Positions 1 to 12,037 of a DNA stretch of 64,000 bases are shown here, in pieces (the first letter of the stretch is position 1; each line of letters begins with the position of its first letter). Below the pieces are notes generated by a model. It made no database searches, was not told where the DNA came from, and saw only the letters and a list, made by a program, of their open reading frames with translations. The DNA is taken from positions 238,266,001-238,330,000 of the forward strand of contig OZ024741.1 of NCBI GenBank assembly GCA_964016885.1. The letters are read 5' to 3'. This stretch comes from Eledone cirrhosa. Its lineage: Eukaryota. Position numbers and translations under genes: made by a program.

Positions 1-112
1 TATAGGTGTGAGGACTGTCTTCTTCATTGACATGATATGTAATGTCTACAGACACTATAACCGACTGTTGTAAATATAATAAACACACCAGGTAAATGAT
101 ATTTCCACTCAT
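1..112 (-). CDS. Protocadherin A, 5' end of large coding exon (runs off window)
   Basis: Translates MSGNIIYLVCLLYLQQSVIVSVDITYHVNEEDSPHTY, near-identical to the N-termini of B-D; splice acceptor ttatttctag (AG at 151-152) 38 nt upstream of the ATG. Confidence 0.93.
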   Translation of the reverse strand, partial: MSGNIIYLVCLLYLQQSVIVSVDITYHVNEEDSPHTY

Positions 113-1842
113 ATCTGTATTTCTTCATTACTCCTTAATATTGGACATTGCTAGAAATAAAATATGTAAAAATTACAAACACAAAAAAAATCAAATTGAA
201 TATATATTTGTAAGTGAAACTTGTTACAAACAACACAACTTTACTAAAAGATAAATTCTTGTAATATATAATAATGTCTAACATATTTAAATGTTCAATT
301 TATTCAAATTTTTCTAATTATTGTAAGCAATAAGCTTATATACCAGAATTTAGGTTAGAAGTAGAGGTTTACTCTCTGAGGTACATCTCTGGTGTAAATA
401 CATTTTCCTTAACGCTACATACTCTTCGTTACGATTTAGACTGACTTGGATTGGTTTTAAAATTTGCATATTCTAAGGAATTCATTGGTAGATATTTTGT
501 TTGATTTTCTTTGGAAAGTCAACCCAATATTTATTTTCTGGTAAAATGACAAAAAACAAGCATCTTTCCAAGAAACATGTTGGTGATTAACTTTGAACTC
601 CTGACCTAATCAGTACATCAGACGGATGGTTGAAACATGCAAGAAAGAGTTAAGAGAATTTTAAATATAAAGGGCAGTGTTCAAATATACATTGAGTTGT
701 TCTACCAATATCAGAAAAATAATATATGTGTTCAAGCTGCTTTCTGATATGATATATCAATATGGTGACACTGACTATTTATATATGCCAACCACCACCA
801 TGTTATACATATAGTATATAATTTCTTTATAGAGGGAAATGATTATCTCTAAACTGTCAGAAGTACTACTACTACTAGCACCACTACCACCACTACTACT
901 ACTAACAACTATAATAATGTAAATATCTTTCTTACAGATTAGACAACAACATAATTTTCTCTATAATCAACATTTATATTACAATATAATTTTCCATCCA
1001 AAGAGGAAAGGCATAAAGGCCACTGATGCACAATATTTAAAAAGAGAATGAATAAAAGAGTATTTAGGTCACAGAAATAATAGAGTGTTAAAGATTTAGT
1101 AATCAACTAAACTCTCACGAAATAATGTATTACTAGACAGAAGCTTCCAAAAGAATAAGACTCTTATATTATACAAGGAAACAAAAGTAAACATTTTTCA
1201 TGACTATTACAATAAAACCAAATATTGTAGAATTCCATGATTTCCACCATCTTGACTGTATAACACGACAAAGTTTCTAATATAATCAAATAGAAATTCA
1301 GATATTTTTGAAAATTTTGATACAATACAATTTGTTTGAATGTTGAATGTTAATAACTCATCAGAGAGTAATTGTAACAGAAATACTTCATTAGATACCT
1401 TTATTTATACTATTGGATATTGATATATATTTATTGAGACATACTACCAACAGTATAAACTAAAGTAGAATCATATGAAGATAAAATCTGATTAGACATT
1501 CTATATATAATAAAGTAGACCTTTATAATCAGACTGAGCCTTGTGAACTCCAACTGCTCTGTAAAATATTATTTTAAAATATTACTCCAGCTATTGTTGT
1601 TGTTTATAATGATAATAATGAAATTATTGTGTACAGTGCTCAGGTGCACTACACTGTAATGGTGGAAATGATTGCTAGATCACTCTAACCTCCACTATCC
1701 CAGTCCCTTATATAGAAATACACAACATGGTAGACATTTTAGATATTATACTTACTCTGTGATACTCTAAAAACACACACAATATGAATATAAATGTTAT
1801 AATGAATACAAAGAGATAAGAGAGAGAGAGAGAGAGATAGTG

Positions 1843-1876
<34 letters not shown>

Positions 1877-1881
1877 CATAC

Positions 1882-2220
1882 CTGCATTGTTTAATCCTGC
1901 ACTGTAGTTGTGTGTGATGGATGATGTGTATCCTGCTGTAGTATTCCAGTGTAACTGCTGCTACTGGCATGGTGGTGTTATGGTGTTACTGCTATTGTAG
2001 TAGCTTTCCAGTGTTACTACTACTATAGAAGTGTTCCAGTGTAATAACTGCTGCTGTTGTTGTGTTCTAGAGTAACTGCTGATGTGGTGGAAAATAGTGG
2101 CTGTGTGCAGTGGGAGGAGAGATATAAGCCAGATGGTGGTGGGGTGATAGTTACAACACTATGTTTTCCACACACACAATTGTGTGTATCAAGAACAAAG
2201 AAAAAAGCTATCAGCCTCAC
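1882..2220 (-). other. Upstream (5' leader) exon of PCDH A; 5' boundary approximate
   Basis: Donor aacaATGcag|gtatgt at 1880-1881; paralogous blocks at 12038, 22331 and 30373, each upstream of a PCDH exon. Confidence 0.7.
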
Positions 2221-2292
2221 TTTGAATATTGAAAGAAATATATAAAATCCCTCTTATCCAATAGGAAATTACTGCAATGTTGTCTGTGTCAC
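2184..2292 (-). promoter_or_regulatory. Conserved promoter-like block of PCDH A (CCAAT 2258-2262, TATA-like 2238-2247)
   Basis: gaacaaagaaaaaagctatcagcctcactttgaatattgaaa occurs identically four times, once upstream of each of A-D. Confidence 0.6.
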
Positions 2293-3133
2293 TCAAAACC
2301 ATGAAATAATAGAATTCATGTGAAAGTGAAGCAGCTTGATAATTTACATATTATAACAACACTACATTCCATATCCCGTGTCACTAAAATGTATATCTAA
2401 TATTTAAGGATAAATCTATTTAAAGTATAAATGAGATTGTAAGACATTTTAAATGTTGAAAATATTCTGTGTTTGGTGGAGATTATTAATAATTCTTGAA
2501 ATGTTGAGGCCTATGGGTAATGAGGAGAAATTAGTATAATAATGCCAAGAACGTTGCAATAACAAGTCCAAAGACTCAAAACCTTTGTTTATAACAGAAC
2601 TAATGATATAAATTTTAAAACAATTTTTATTAAAGATTTTAGTTATAAATTTGAAATCAATTAATTTAAGTCTTTGTAACAAACATATAGCTCTTAGGTC
2701 TGTTAGTAGCAGAATAAAGGAATGATGGTTTAAGTCAGAATTTATGACAAACATATATGTGAGGTATATTTTTTCATCTGCCAACACTTTATATAACCTC
2801 AAAGAATATGTTATAATGTTGTATTCCAACATTAGGAACATTTCTTGAATGATAGAATAGGAAAAGTTTAGTGCATAAATAAATTCAAATTACCCTAAAA
2901 TTGAGACTGAACGAATGAAATCAAACCTAGAAAGAATACAAATACTTCAATAAAAATTTATTATACAATGTAGGGCGTTTGCAATATGTAATGTATCAAA
3001 AAGGTAAATTAGGGGTCATAATATATGCCATTTTAATAAGCTAATGACTGACAGAAAATTAGAGTTGATATTTCTATATCAGTATAGATTATTCTATAAC
3101 ATTTGGTGTGTGAGAGAATCATTTAACAATAGT

Positions 3134-3249
3134 TGTTTCTACTTTTGGCACAGGCCAGCAATTACCCAGTACATTACTGGTACTTTATTTTATCGACCCC
3201 GTAAGGATGAAAGGCAAAGTTAACCTCGACGGGATTTGAACTCAGACCG
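3134..3249 (-). mobile_element. 5'-truncated tRNA-derived SINE in the PCDH B 3' UTR, 10-bp TSD
   Basis: B-box gagttcaaatcc; TSD taacaatagt at 3124-3133 and 3250-3259; empty site in paralogs (~13640, ~23697, ~31420). Confidence 0.9.
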
Positions 3250-3272
3250 TAACAATAGTGATGGGACATCTA

Positions 3273-3352
3273 CTATGTTGGCTGTAGATAGGTATCTTGT
3301 ACTTGTTGTCCCTTTTGTATTGTGGCTGGAACTGGATTGTCATTGGTATATT
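3273..3352 (-). CDS. PCDH B terminal coding exon
   Basis: Acceptor ttttctag, phase 1, (E)YTNDNPVPATIQKGQQVQDTYLQPT*; five homologous 80-nt copies in the window. Confidence 0.85.
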
Positions 3353-3511
3353 CTAGAAAATATAAAATATAGAAATAGAAATTATATTTGAATATAACAA
3401 CTCTGTAAAGATATAAACATTGATGTTATGTTACACTAACCATAACAATATATATTGTCTTACAGTAATAAAGGGAATTACATTTCTATGTTATATTTAG
3501 ATAAAGGTTAC

Positions 3512-3659
3512 CTGGTTGTGAAGGTATTTCTTCATATGGTTTAGTCTTGCCAATACTCTTGTAACCTTCTCTGCTTTTTTGTGATGTTAAGGTGTCACTG
3601 TTGTAGTTAGACATGCTGAGACTCGAGCGACCTTCATGACTATGGATTGAATCACATCT
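3512..3659 (-). CDS. PCDH B cytoplasmic exon 2
   Basis: ccacag|AGA...CCAG|gtaacc; 148 nt, phase 0 to 1; RCDSIHSHEGRSSLSMSNYNSDTLTSQKSREGYKSIGKTKPYEEIPSQP. Confidence 0.88.
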
Positions 3660-4039
3660 CTGTGGATTATCAGAGTGAAACAAGATTTTAGCTAGAATAA
3701 ATGTTTACATATATATTTTAGATAATCTCTTGATTTGAGAATATAACTGAAATACAACAGCAATTAAATAATTTTTCATTTGGATTCACTTATCTGTATA
3801 TGTATTAAACTGAATTAACTTAAATATTTTACTCAGAGATTTTATTGTCACTAAAATGACAAAGGAAAACGATATGAAGAGTAATGAAATCAAAATAAAA
3901 GAAGTCATTTTTTTACAACAATTCACTAAACATTTACTACAAAACATAATTATTGTTTTTCATTCAAATATTCAATGTCTTAAATATTCATTTACTTTCA
4001 ATCACTGTAAAATAAAGAGACGTAAGCTTATTAATTATT

Positions 4040-4378
4040 ATGAAGATGACATGTGGAGAAGGAAATAGATGAGGTGAGTATGCTCCATTGGATGTATATT
4101 ATTAGTGTGCATAATTGTTGAAGCACAAACATAAAGAGAGCAAAACTGGATATCATAACTGAGATGTAATGGGTAAGATGAAACAATGTATTGGTATTGA
4201 AAGGTAATGTGAATAGATGATGATCATTAGGTGAAAAATGCCAGAAGTTCCAAGTGGAAGGAAGATGTGGTAGATGGGCAAAGGTCATGAAAGTTGTTCT
4301 TAGGATACTGAGCCTCACAAATGAGATGACACAGCTAACCCATGCAAACTAGGAAAAACCAATGTAAATGATGATGAG
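4040..4378 (+). mobile_element. Old, degenerate RTE LINE 3' fragment
   Basis: Weak similarity to the 3' end of the 54127-56070 RTE; ends in aacccatgc...(gat)n. Confidence 0.45.
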
Positions 4379-4448
4379 GTTTCTGTTTATAAAAGCAGGC
4401 AAATTAAAGTGAAATGTATATATATATTTATTAAAGTATATTATTTAC

Positions 4449-6851
4449 CTGAGGAACTGGTGGAAGTCTCCTTTGTGTTGTTGAGAATTTCCACTCATCT
4501 GGTAGCTGTTCCATCTCTGGATAAAACTGACTTTTAGATTTTATTGTCTGGAGATTTCTGTTAAATATCTCTTCTGCATTTCTGGTTATTGCAACAGGAT
4601 TGTTGGTGTGATACAGTAATTGTCTCATCTCAGTTGGAGAGAGAAAGTTTGGATTATCTGCTGTTGTAGGTGAGTTATTGGTGTGATTAATACATCTGAA
4701 AACACACAGTGTTATTGACACTACAATAGCCACAGATATTATTACAGCTGCTGCTACAATGATAATTACCCAAGTCATATTGAGGTTGTTACCAGTCTGT
4801 AAGTGGACAGCATTCAACATTGGAGATGTATCATTACTAACAAACAGTGTTAGTATGATAACAGTTGTTGCTGATTGAACTGAAGTACCACCATCTTTCA
4901 CTATAAACTGTAGGTCATATGTTCCTGCATCATTTTGGTAAACTGCCCGAGAGAAAGATAAGACACCAGTGTGGGAGTTGACTGTAAACAGGTTTTTATC
5001 ATTAGATCTCTGTATTCCATATGTGAGGAAAGCATTGTTTCCAGTGTCTTTGTCAGAGGCTTTCAGAATTGTGATGTCTTTCTTACTGTGTGGATGGTAG
5101 TGGACATCTAGATTGTAAGGGTCATTAATAGGAAAGGTAAAATAGGGAGCATTATCATTTTTATCTAGAATCTCAATAACAATATTGGCAGTGTCATTCA
5201 GAGAAGGTGTTCCATTATCTTTGACTAAAACCTGGAATTTATAGATGTCTTTCACTTCCCGATCTATTGATTGTGATGTAGAAATGAATCCATATTTTGT
5301 AAGTTGGAAAGGAATGTTATCATTGTTGTTATCATTGATGATAGAATATGTAAGTTGACCTCCATCTTCAAGATCAGGGTCTGTAGCATTGATGAAGCCA
5401 ATAGGGAAGTCAACTTTCTGGTTTTCATAGGTGAGGAATTGGAATGTATCTTTGGTAAAATGTGGCTGTACATCATTGACATCAGTTACTTTGACAGAGA
5501 AATATTTCTTAGTTTCTAATTGAGGTGATCCCATGTCGTGACACACAATAGATACTTTATAGTGGTCCTTTATTTCTCTATCAAGATGTCCCTTAACAAT
5601 CATTTTATATTCTTTAGAATCTATTTTGGCAAGTTTAAAAGTATCATGTTTTAAATCACAGCTAACCTCACCATTAGGTCCAACATCAGTGTCAGTGACC
5701 ATAACATAAGCTATAAAACTATCTAGTTCACTGTCTTCTGAAATTGCTGTGGAACTTTCTGTTAAAGGTGACACAAAATTTATGTCTATTATAGGCTTAT
5801 TATTTTTATTGTTAAATACATTGATATATACAACTGCCATAGAAGTTAAAGGAGGTTTTCCTTTATCTTTAGCTTCAATATACAATTTAAAGGATTCTTT
5901 GTTATCAAAGTTAAAATTATTTTTAAAATAAACCATACCGTTTTCTCTGTTAATTCTAAAACTTTGTGATGTTGATACTGATGTTTTAGGGTGAATGTGG
6001 TAAAATATTTTCCCATTGTCTCCAGAATCTAAGTCTTTTGCTGACACTGTAACTATAGGATCATTTCTATTATGTTTTGAAAATAGAGTGATATTGTAAA
6101 TATTCTGTGTAAACACTGGCTTGTTGTCATTGAAATCTGTTACTGAAATTTTAATTTTTAAAATACCTTCTCTTGGTGGTGTACCTCCATCTTTGGCAAC
6201 AAGATTTAACATATAATCCTCTTTTTTCTCTCTATCTAAACTTCCTTCTAATATTATTTCAGGTGTTGATATGCCACCAAACTCTTCTAATACTCTAAAT
6301 GAAAATGGTTCATCAGCATCCTTTTGTAAATGGTATGTTATTTGAGAATTGAGGTGACTAACATCTTTGTCAATGGCATTTGGCATTCTTGTTGATGTTC
6401 CATCTTTGTCATTTTCATAAAATTGAATTTGGACCAAATTTTCAGGAAACTTTGGTGAATGGTCATTAATATCTTCTATAACTATTTTTATCTTCAATAT
6501 CTTTAAAAATAGTTTTGCTTTCCTCACTGCTACTTTAACAATTCTGGAACATTCCTTGTTATATGTACACAATGACTCAGCATCCAGTGTCTGTGTAGTG
6601 TATAGTTTTCCTGTGTTGGTGACATTGAATAAGTGAGAACCACTTGACACTGTCCTTTGTAGTTGTGTAAATGTAATGAGAGTGTGTTGTTGATGTGTGA
6701 GAGAGTGTGTTAAGTTAGAATCAACAGCAATGTCTCCTATATAGGTGTGAGGACTGTCTTCTTCATTGACATTGTATGTAATGTCAGCAGACACTATAAC
6801 AGACTGTTGTAAATATAGTAAATACACCAGGTAAATGATATTTCCACTCAT
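4449..6851 (-). CDS. Protocadherin B large exon (signal peptide, EC1-6, TM, proximal tail); spliced protein ~876 aa
   Basis: DxNDxxP, LDRE and AxDxGxP cadherin motifs; EC1 C-x5-C; hydrophobic TM; phase-0 donor cctcag|gtaaat after PQ. Confidence 0.97.
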
Positions 6852-7982
6852 GTTTGTAGTTCTTTATTACTCCTTGATATTGAATATTTCTACAAATAAA
6901 AAAATTTCATGTTATTGACAAAGAAAATAAAAATAAGCTAACTGATGTCAACATTCACTAAAACCAATCTAATTTCGTCAAGAAATTCTCATTTGTAGAG
7001 TGGATGTTGTATTTAAATTGTATTTTTAAAATGTTATTTTGCTGGAAATACATGACTAATAACAATTATAATGTATAACACTAGACCTATTAGACATAGG
7101 TATATGTTTTGTTCTATCTAGTAGGTAGAATGGAGAAATACTTCTGATTATATACCTTAAAGGCATGAAATGCTTAATAGTTTGACTGAATTGGTGCTGT
7201 ACAACTGAAACAACCTTACCTGAGTGTCTAATTTCTCAAAATTTAACTAGATATATGATGTTTTATGAAGCCAAACATGTAACTGTTTGAAGTTGTTGGG
7301 AGTAGATTAAAGTTCCTCATCATCATCGTTTAACGTCCATCTTCCCCGCTAGCATAGGTTCCCTTAACAAGTATCCTGAGGTTATTTTAACAATGTATAC
7401 ATCCACTGCCCTAATTTTAACATGTTAGACATTCTACGTGTGATTAAAGGGATATTTCTATGTTTATTAATCCTTTTTATATGAATGAACCACAAAGTAA
7501 TATCTGTGTTTAAGTAGACAGAAGTAATTGAAGTAATGTATATTTTGTCAAGTTGTATAAAAGTAAAGTCAGGTTTCTAGACATGATTTGAACTCATGAC
7601 TTCATCAACAGCAATGAAGGGGAACATATGTGAATATGGGAGAAGAGAATTCTAAATATAGAGGTTGATACATGTTATCCAATTCCACCAATATCACACA
7701 ATTAATATATTAGATGAGGTAATTCACACCACTCTGCTATTATTAACAACAAGCGTTATAAGGCCCCACCCTTCAGATTAGCCATGTAAGCACCATGACA
7801 TGCGGTATTTTCAGAGGAAATGTTTTACAACCAGATGTCCTTCCTAGCACAAACTCTTTTATTACCACTCACAGCACACTAAGTTATGGTGTACCTATCT
7901 TAAATCAGATACAAATATTATTTAAAATAACAATAAAAAAACAAACAAACAAAAACAAACTAGTTAATAATTAGTTAGCATA

Positions 7983-9003
7983 TAATAATAATAATAATAA
8001 TAATGAAATTATTGTGTACAGTGCTCAAGTGCACTACAACTCATCAAAGGTGCATGTATAGTACATAGAATAATATACAAATGTCAGGGAAGTGAATAGT
8101 GTATGAGTCATGATATACATGTGTGCGTGTGTGTAGAGGGGGGAATATTTGGTGTAGTGTTGGCGAATCTCAGGAAGCATGGAGGTTTTAACGGATGCAG
8201 TGTCTTGGCAGCTAATAACTGATGCAGGTAGTTTGTTCCATGCTTCAGCAACTCTGAGCGTGAAAAAATGTTTCCGAAAGTCATGGGAGCTGTGCTGTTT
8301 TCTGACTTTGTTGGCATGCCCACGTGTGTTAGACACATGGAAATCAAAAAAAGTACTCAGGGTTGTTGTTGGCAAGATGGTTAATAATTTTGTGGGTGTT
8401 TACCAAGTCAGTTGCCAGACGTTGGAGCTTCAATGTATCCATGCCCAGGGAAGCAAGGCGTTCAGACTATGGTAGATGCCTGATGGAGGGTTCTCGCTTG
8501 GTTGCACATCTCTGAACAGTTTCCAGGCGGTCAATGTTCTGAGCAAGATAGGGGTTCTAGACTGGTGATGCAAATTCTAAGTGTGGCCGCACCATAGCTA
8601 TATACAGCTTTAAATAAAACAGAGAGCGTCTGACAAAGGTCTTGCTGAGTGATGCCAAGACACCCTCAGGCTTCTTGACAATTTTAGAGACGTGCTTCGT
8701 CCAACGCAACTCGCTGCTGACAGTAATGCCCAGTCACATTCACAAGAAGTCTTCTTGATATTAGTGTTGTGGAGGGAATATGTGGACGCCGGGTTTTTAC
8801 TCCCAAAATGCATGGTGGTACACTTGTCCACAGCCAGCTTGAGTTGCCAGTCCGTGATCCATTGTTGCATTGTGTCCAGGTCAGATTGCAGGCAAGATCT
8901 ATAGTGTTCAGGATCTGTCCTTTTTATCTCAAGGTACAGCTTGATGTCATCTGCATATTTCAGTACTGTGGCATTCTTTAAGTTGGCATCTATGTCATTA
9001 ATA
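7983..9003 (-). mobile_element. 5'-truncated CR1-clade LINE
   Basis: RT motif INDID...KYADDIKLY; C-terminal TRGH...FFTLRVAEAWNKLP; simple-repeat tail; frameshifted. Confidence 0.9.
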
Positions 9004-10323
9004 TGATGAAAACAATTACAATATTTAATGTTGAAGGTTGAAGATATAATGATTTTCCATCCAACTATTTCATGAAAAATAAAATCTCTTTTCAAAATAT
9101 CTAAATAGTATTGAAGATTATTGGTGTAAGGGTAGCTATAGATTTAAAACTGAGTATTGTGATAAAGAAACTTTAAATTTCACTAAATTCAAAATACTGA
9201 GACCAGTATATGCCAGTATGTAAGACAACTGGCCTTAGAAGATATAACAGTATTTATCAAGACAGGGGTTAGCCTACTTTCAACCATCAACCTTGAAAAC
9301 AACTTATAGTACATTACAGGATTTCAGATTTGTATTTTATACCTTTAGTGTAAAATGGCCCTCCATTATGGGAGCAGAAATGATGGTAATTGAAAGTCAA
9401 ATGGTTGTCTTGTATGCTGGCATATACAAGATATATTCTAGTTCAACACTTATTAGTAGGGAAAACGGATGCTAAATGACGACAATGATGATAATGATGA
9501 TATGGTATATATTAATGCATGCCTTGTACTGTTCTTGAATGGAAACTTAATCAGTTGCCAGGTTTAACATGTACATATGGTCTTTAGGTATCTATAGCAG
9601 TGCCTACTCTATGGTATTAGGAAAAGGTCACCAGTTTGAGAAGTCCATGACATGTGGTTTCTTCCTTTCCCCCCACCAGTCTCAGTCACACTGCAAAGAA
9701 GGTCATAGCATTACACATCCAAAGATATGAAAACATTCCACTGAATAACTTTGGTGAAGCATGAAAGAATCATTGAAATGTTGAACCTTTTTTAGATTTT
9801 GAAGTAAAAGAAAGATATTTGAATATCTGTTGCGTAAACAAAGGCAAAGATTTATGTTTTCTATATTTATAATAAAGTCTATTTTTCCATGCTTAAATGG
9901 GTTACATCAGTTGTGAGGTTATGTGACCCATGCCTTGCTCACACGGATGTTTGTTGGCTTGGTTTCTACAGCTGGATGCCCTTCCTAATGCCAACCATGT
10001 AATATATATATATATATATAACAGAGTGTTGTAGTTTGCTTGAAGCATTGTTGAATAGGAAATATAAAAATCTGCCTTCCTAACAAATCATCTCTGATCA
10101 ATCCTTTAAGACACTTACAGGGGTACTCCCATGATAATGGGTTTTTAAACCCGAAAATATCTGGGATCATTAAATTTGCTACGGTAAGATTCTATTGTTA
10201 TCTTGGCAATTTTAATTTTCTAATGCATTGTATGGTTTTCAAAACTATTTATATTTATATATATACATCACCATCATCATCATCATTTTACGCTCGTTTT
10301 TCCTCTTCTTCCCCTATCCGAAC

Positions 10324-10359
10324 TTTCCTGATGAAGGACTTATGTCCGAAACGTTGAAA
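10324..10359 (+). ncRNA. Minimal type I hammerhead ribozyme motif (Penelope-like remnant)
   Basis: tttc-CTGATGA-a-ggac-ttat-gtcc-GAAA-cg-TT-gaaa: short stem I, 4-bp stem II, palindromic ACGT stem III. Confidence 0.6.
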
Positions 10360-10430
10360 TCTCCTCCACTTCCAAGTGTGAACCTAATATAACTGTGTAC
10401 AATCCTCCTGTGTTTTGTTCGTTCATTTCC

Positions 10431-10489
<59 letters not shown>

Positions 10490-10566
10490 TCAGGAATATA
10501 CCAGTTTTATACTAGACCCATTATTCAGAAGAGCACTCAATGCATGGGAAGTAGAGTGTAAAGATA

Positions 10567-10678
10567 GTAGAGAATCAGTGCCCAACAGCTGAGCTCTTGT
10601 AGTTTTGACAGAAAATTCCAGACCCTGGAATTCGGTGTTGAAATGGCAAGAGCTCAGCTGTTCGGCCCTGACTCTCTA

Positions 10679-10679
<1 letters not shown>
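10567..10679. mobile_element. Hairpin/MITE-like element between (TA)n tracts
   Basis: Arms include aacagctgagctcttg / caagagctcagctgtt and gtagaga / tctctac. Confidence 0.65.
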
Positions 10680-10712
<33 letters not shown>

Positions 10713-11514
10713 GAAATGAAATGATGAAATGATATAATCATCATCATAGTTTGATCATCAAAATAAACAAAATATTTAATCCTAGATATAAAACAATATT
10801 TCAATTGCATAAAAATGGTTTTATTGATGATATTCAATGTATTTCTATTGAATATCTTGCTACTTTATGGTCAGTCAGACATATATACAGTAATCTAATA
10901 AGAACAAATTACTGCTAAGCTGGCCAAGAAACAATAACTAACACAGATTTATTTTTATCACAAGTTAAACCCATAATAAGTGAACAACAGTATAAATTTT
11001 CTCTAGAACCGCTTTTTAAATTTCAATTTGATTATTGTTAAATGTGGAATGATATTTAATGACATTGAAGTTATTTATAAGTCATTTCAATGTACAAAAC
11101 CACATACACACACATGTATAGTAGATAATTATTATCACAGTAAGGAAAGAATATAAATAATAAACAAAAACATATTTAACTAATGAGGAATGCAGCACAC
11201 AGCTGTTCTTAAAAAAGAACAAATTAAAAAATGTATTCCTAGATAGATTACGTCCCAAGAAACAAAAACAAAACAGAAAGTAAAACATCATGGCCAGAGC
11301 TATACCTATGCTTAACGGTCTGCTAAATTATGGGTGATCTGAGGCCAAATAACAATAACAAAAGGCAAATTAACATCAAACTGTAAGTTATCAGAAAGCA
11401 ATATGTGTATCTTGAAACTAAATAATTATACAATGTTTAAGTGACACAATATCATTATAAGGTTTTTGAATTATACGATATATATTATATATTATATATT
11501 ATATACATTTACAC

Positions 11515-11518
11515 ATAC

Positions 11519-11597
<79 letters not shown>
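11515..11597. repeat. (TA)n microsatellite
   Basis: Direct reading; other (TA)n tracts at ~10433, 11909, 36607 and 63720. Confidence 0.95.
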
Positions 11598-11599
<2 letters not shown>

Positions 11600-11906
11600 C
11601 ATATTTATAATTGGATCAATGTGCTTATTGGGTGATTCTTGAAATAATTGTAATATTATAAATATTTCTGCAGCTGTTGTAATGGAGGCAGTCAAGTTAG
11701 ATCTCTCTAAACTCCATTGACCCAGACACTACAGAAACACACACACATATATGTGTGTGTGTGAATTGTGTATCGAAGTAGTTTTGATAAAATTGCGACA
11801 ATATTGTTAAAAAATGTTTAAATGATCTAAAATTCCAGAGAACGTGCATGAGGAAATACACTAGGATTTATTTCTTCATATGCAATGCCTAGGTTTTTAA
11901 GTCATT

Positions 11907-11953
<47 letters not shown>

Positions 11954-12037
11954 CATGAAAGACAGTTTAGAAATTATCTTACTCTATGTTTCACTGTAAA
12001 CAAGTATAATATAAATGAAAAGATGAGAGAGACTTAC

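Noticed and set aside
1882-2220. Thr/Ser-rich block as a fourth coding exon of the upstream gene
   Set aside because: The preceding exon already has a stop; frames are not conserved; the block ends in a donor matching the next gene's acceptor
4431-4448. ORF-track C-termini (VNNIL and equivalents) as true protein ends
   Set aside because: All follow a conserved phase-0 donor after PQ and are unrelated between paralogs; they are intron read-through
5264-5519. Recurrent 71-72 aa overlapping ORFs (MSMMYSH..., MERNVII...) in every paralog
   Set aside because: Shadow frames of the homogenised EC5 DNA; no independent coding evidence
11441-11695. YI-repeat ORFs
   Set aside because: Translations of (TA)n microsatellites
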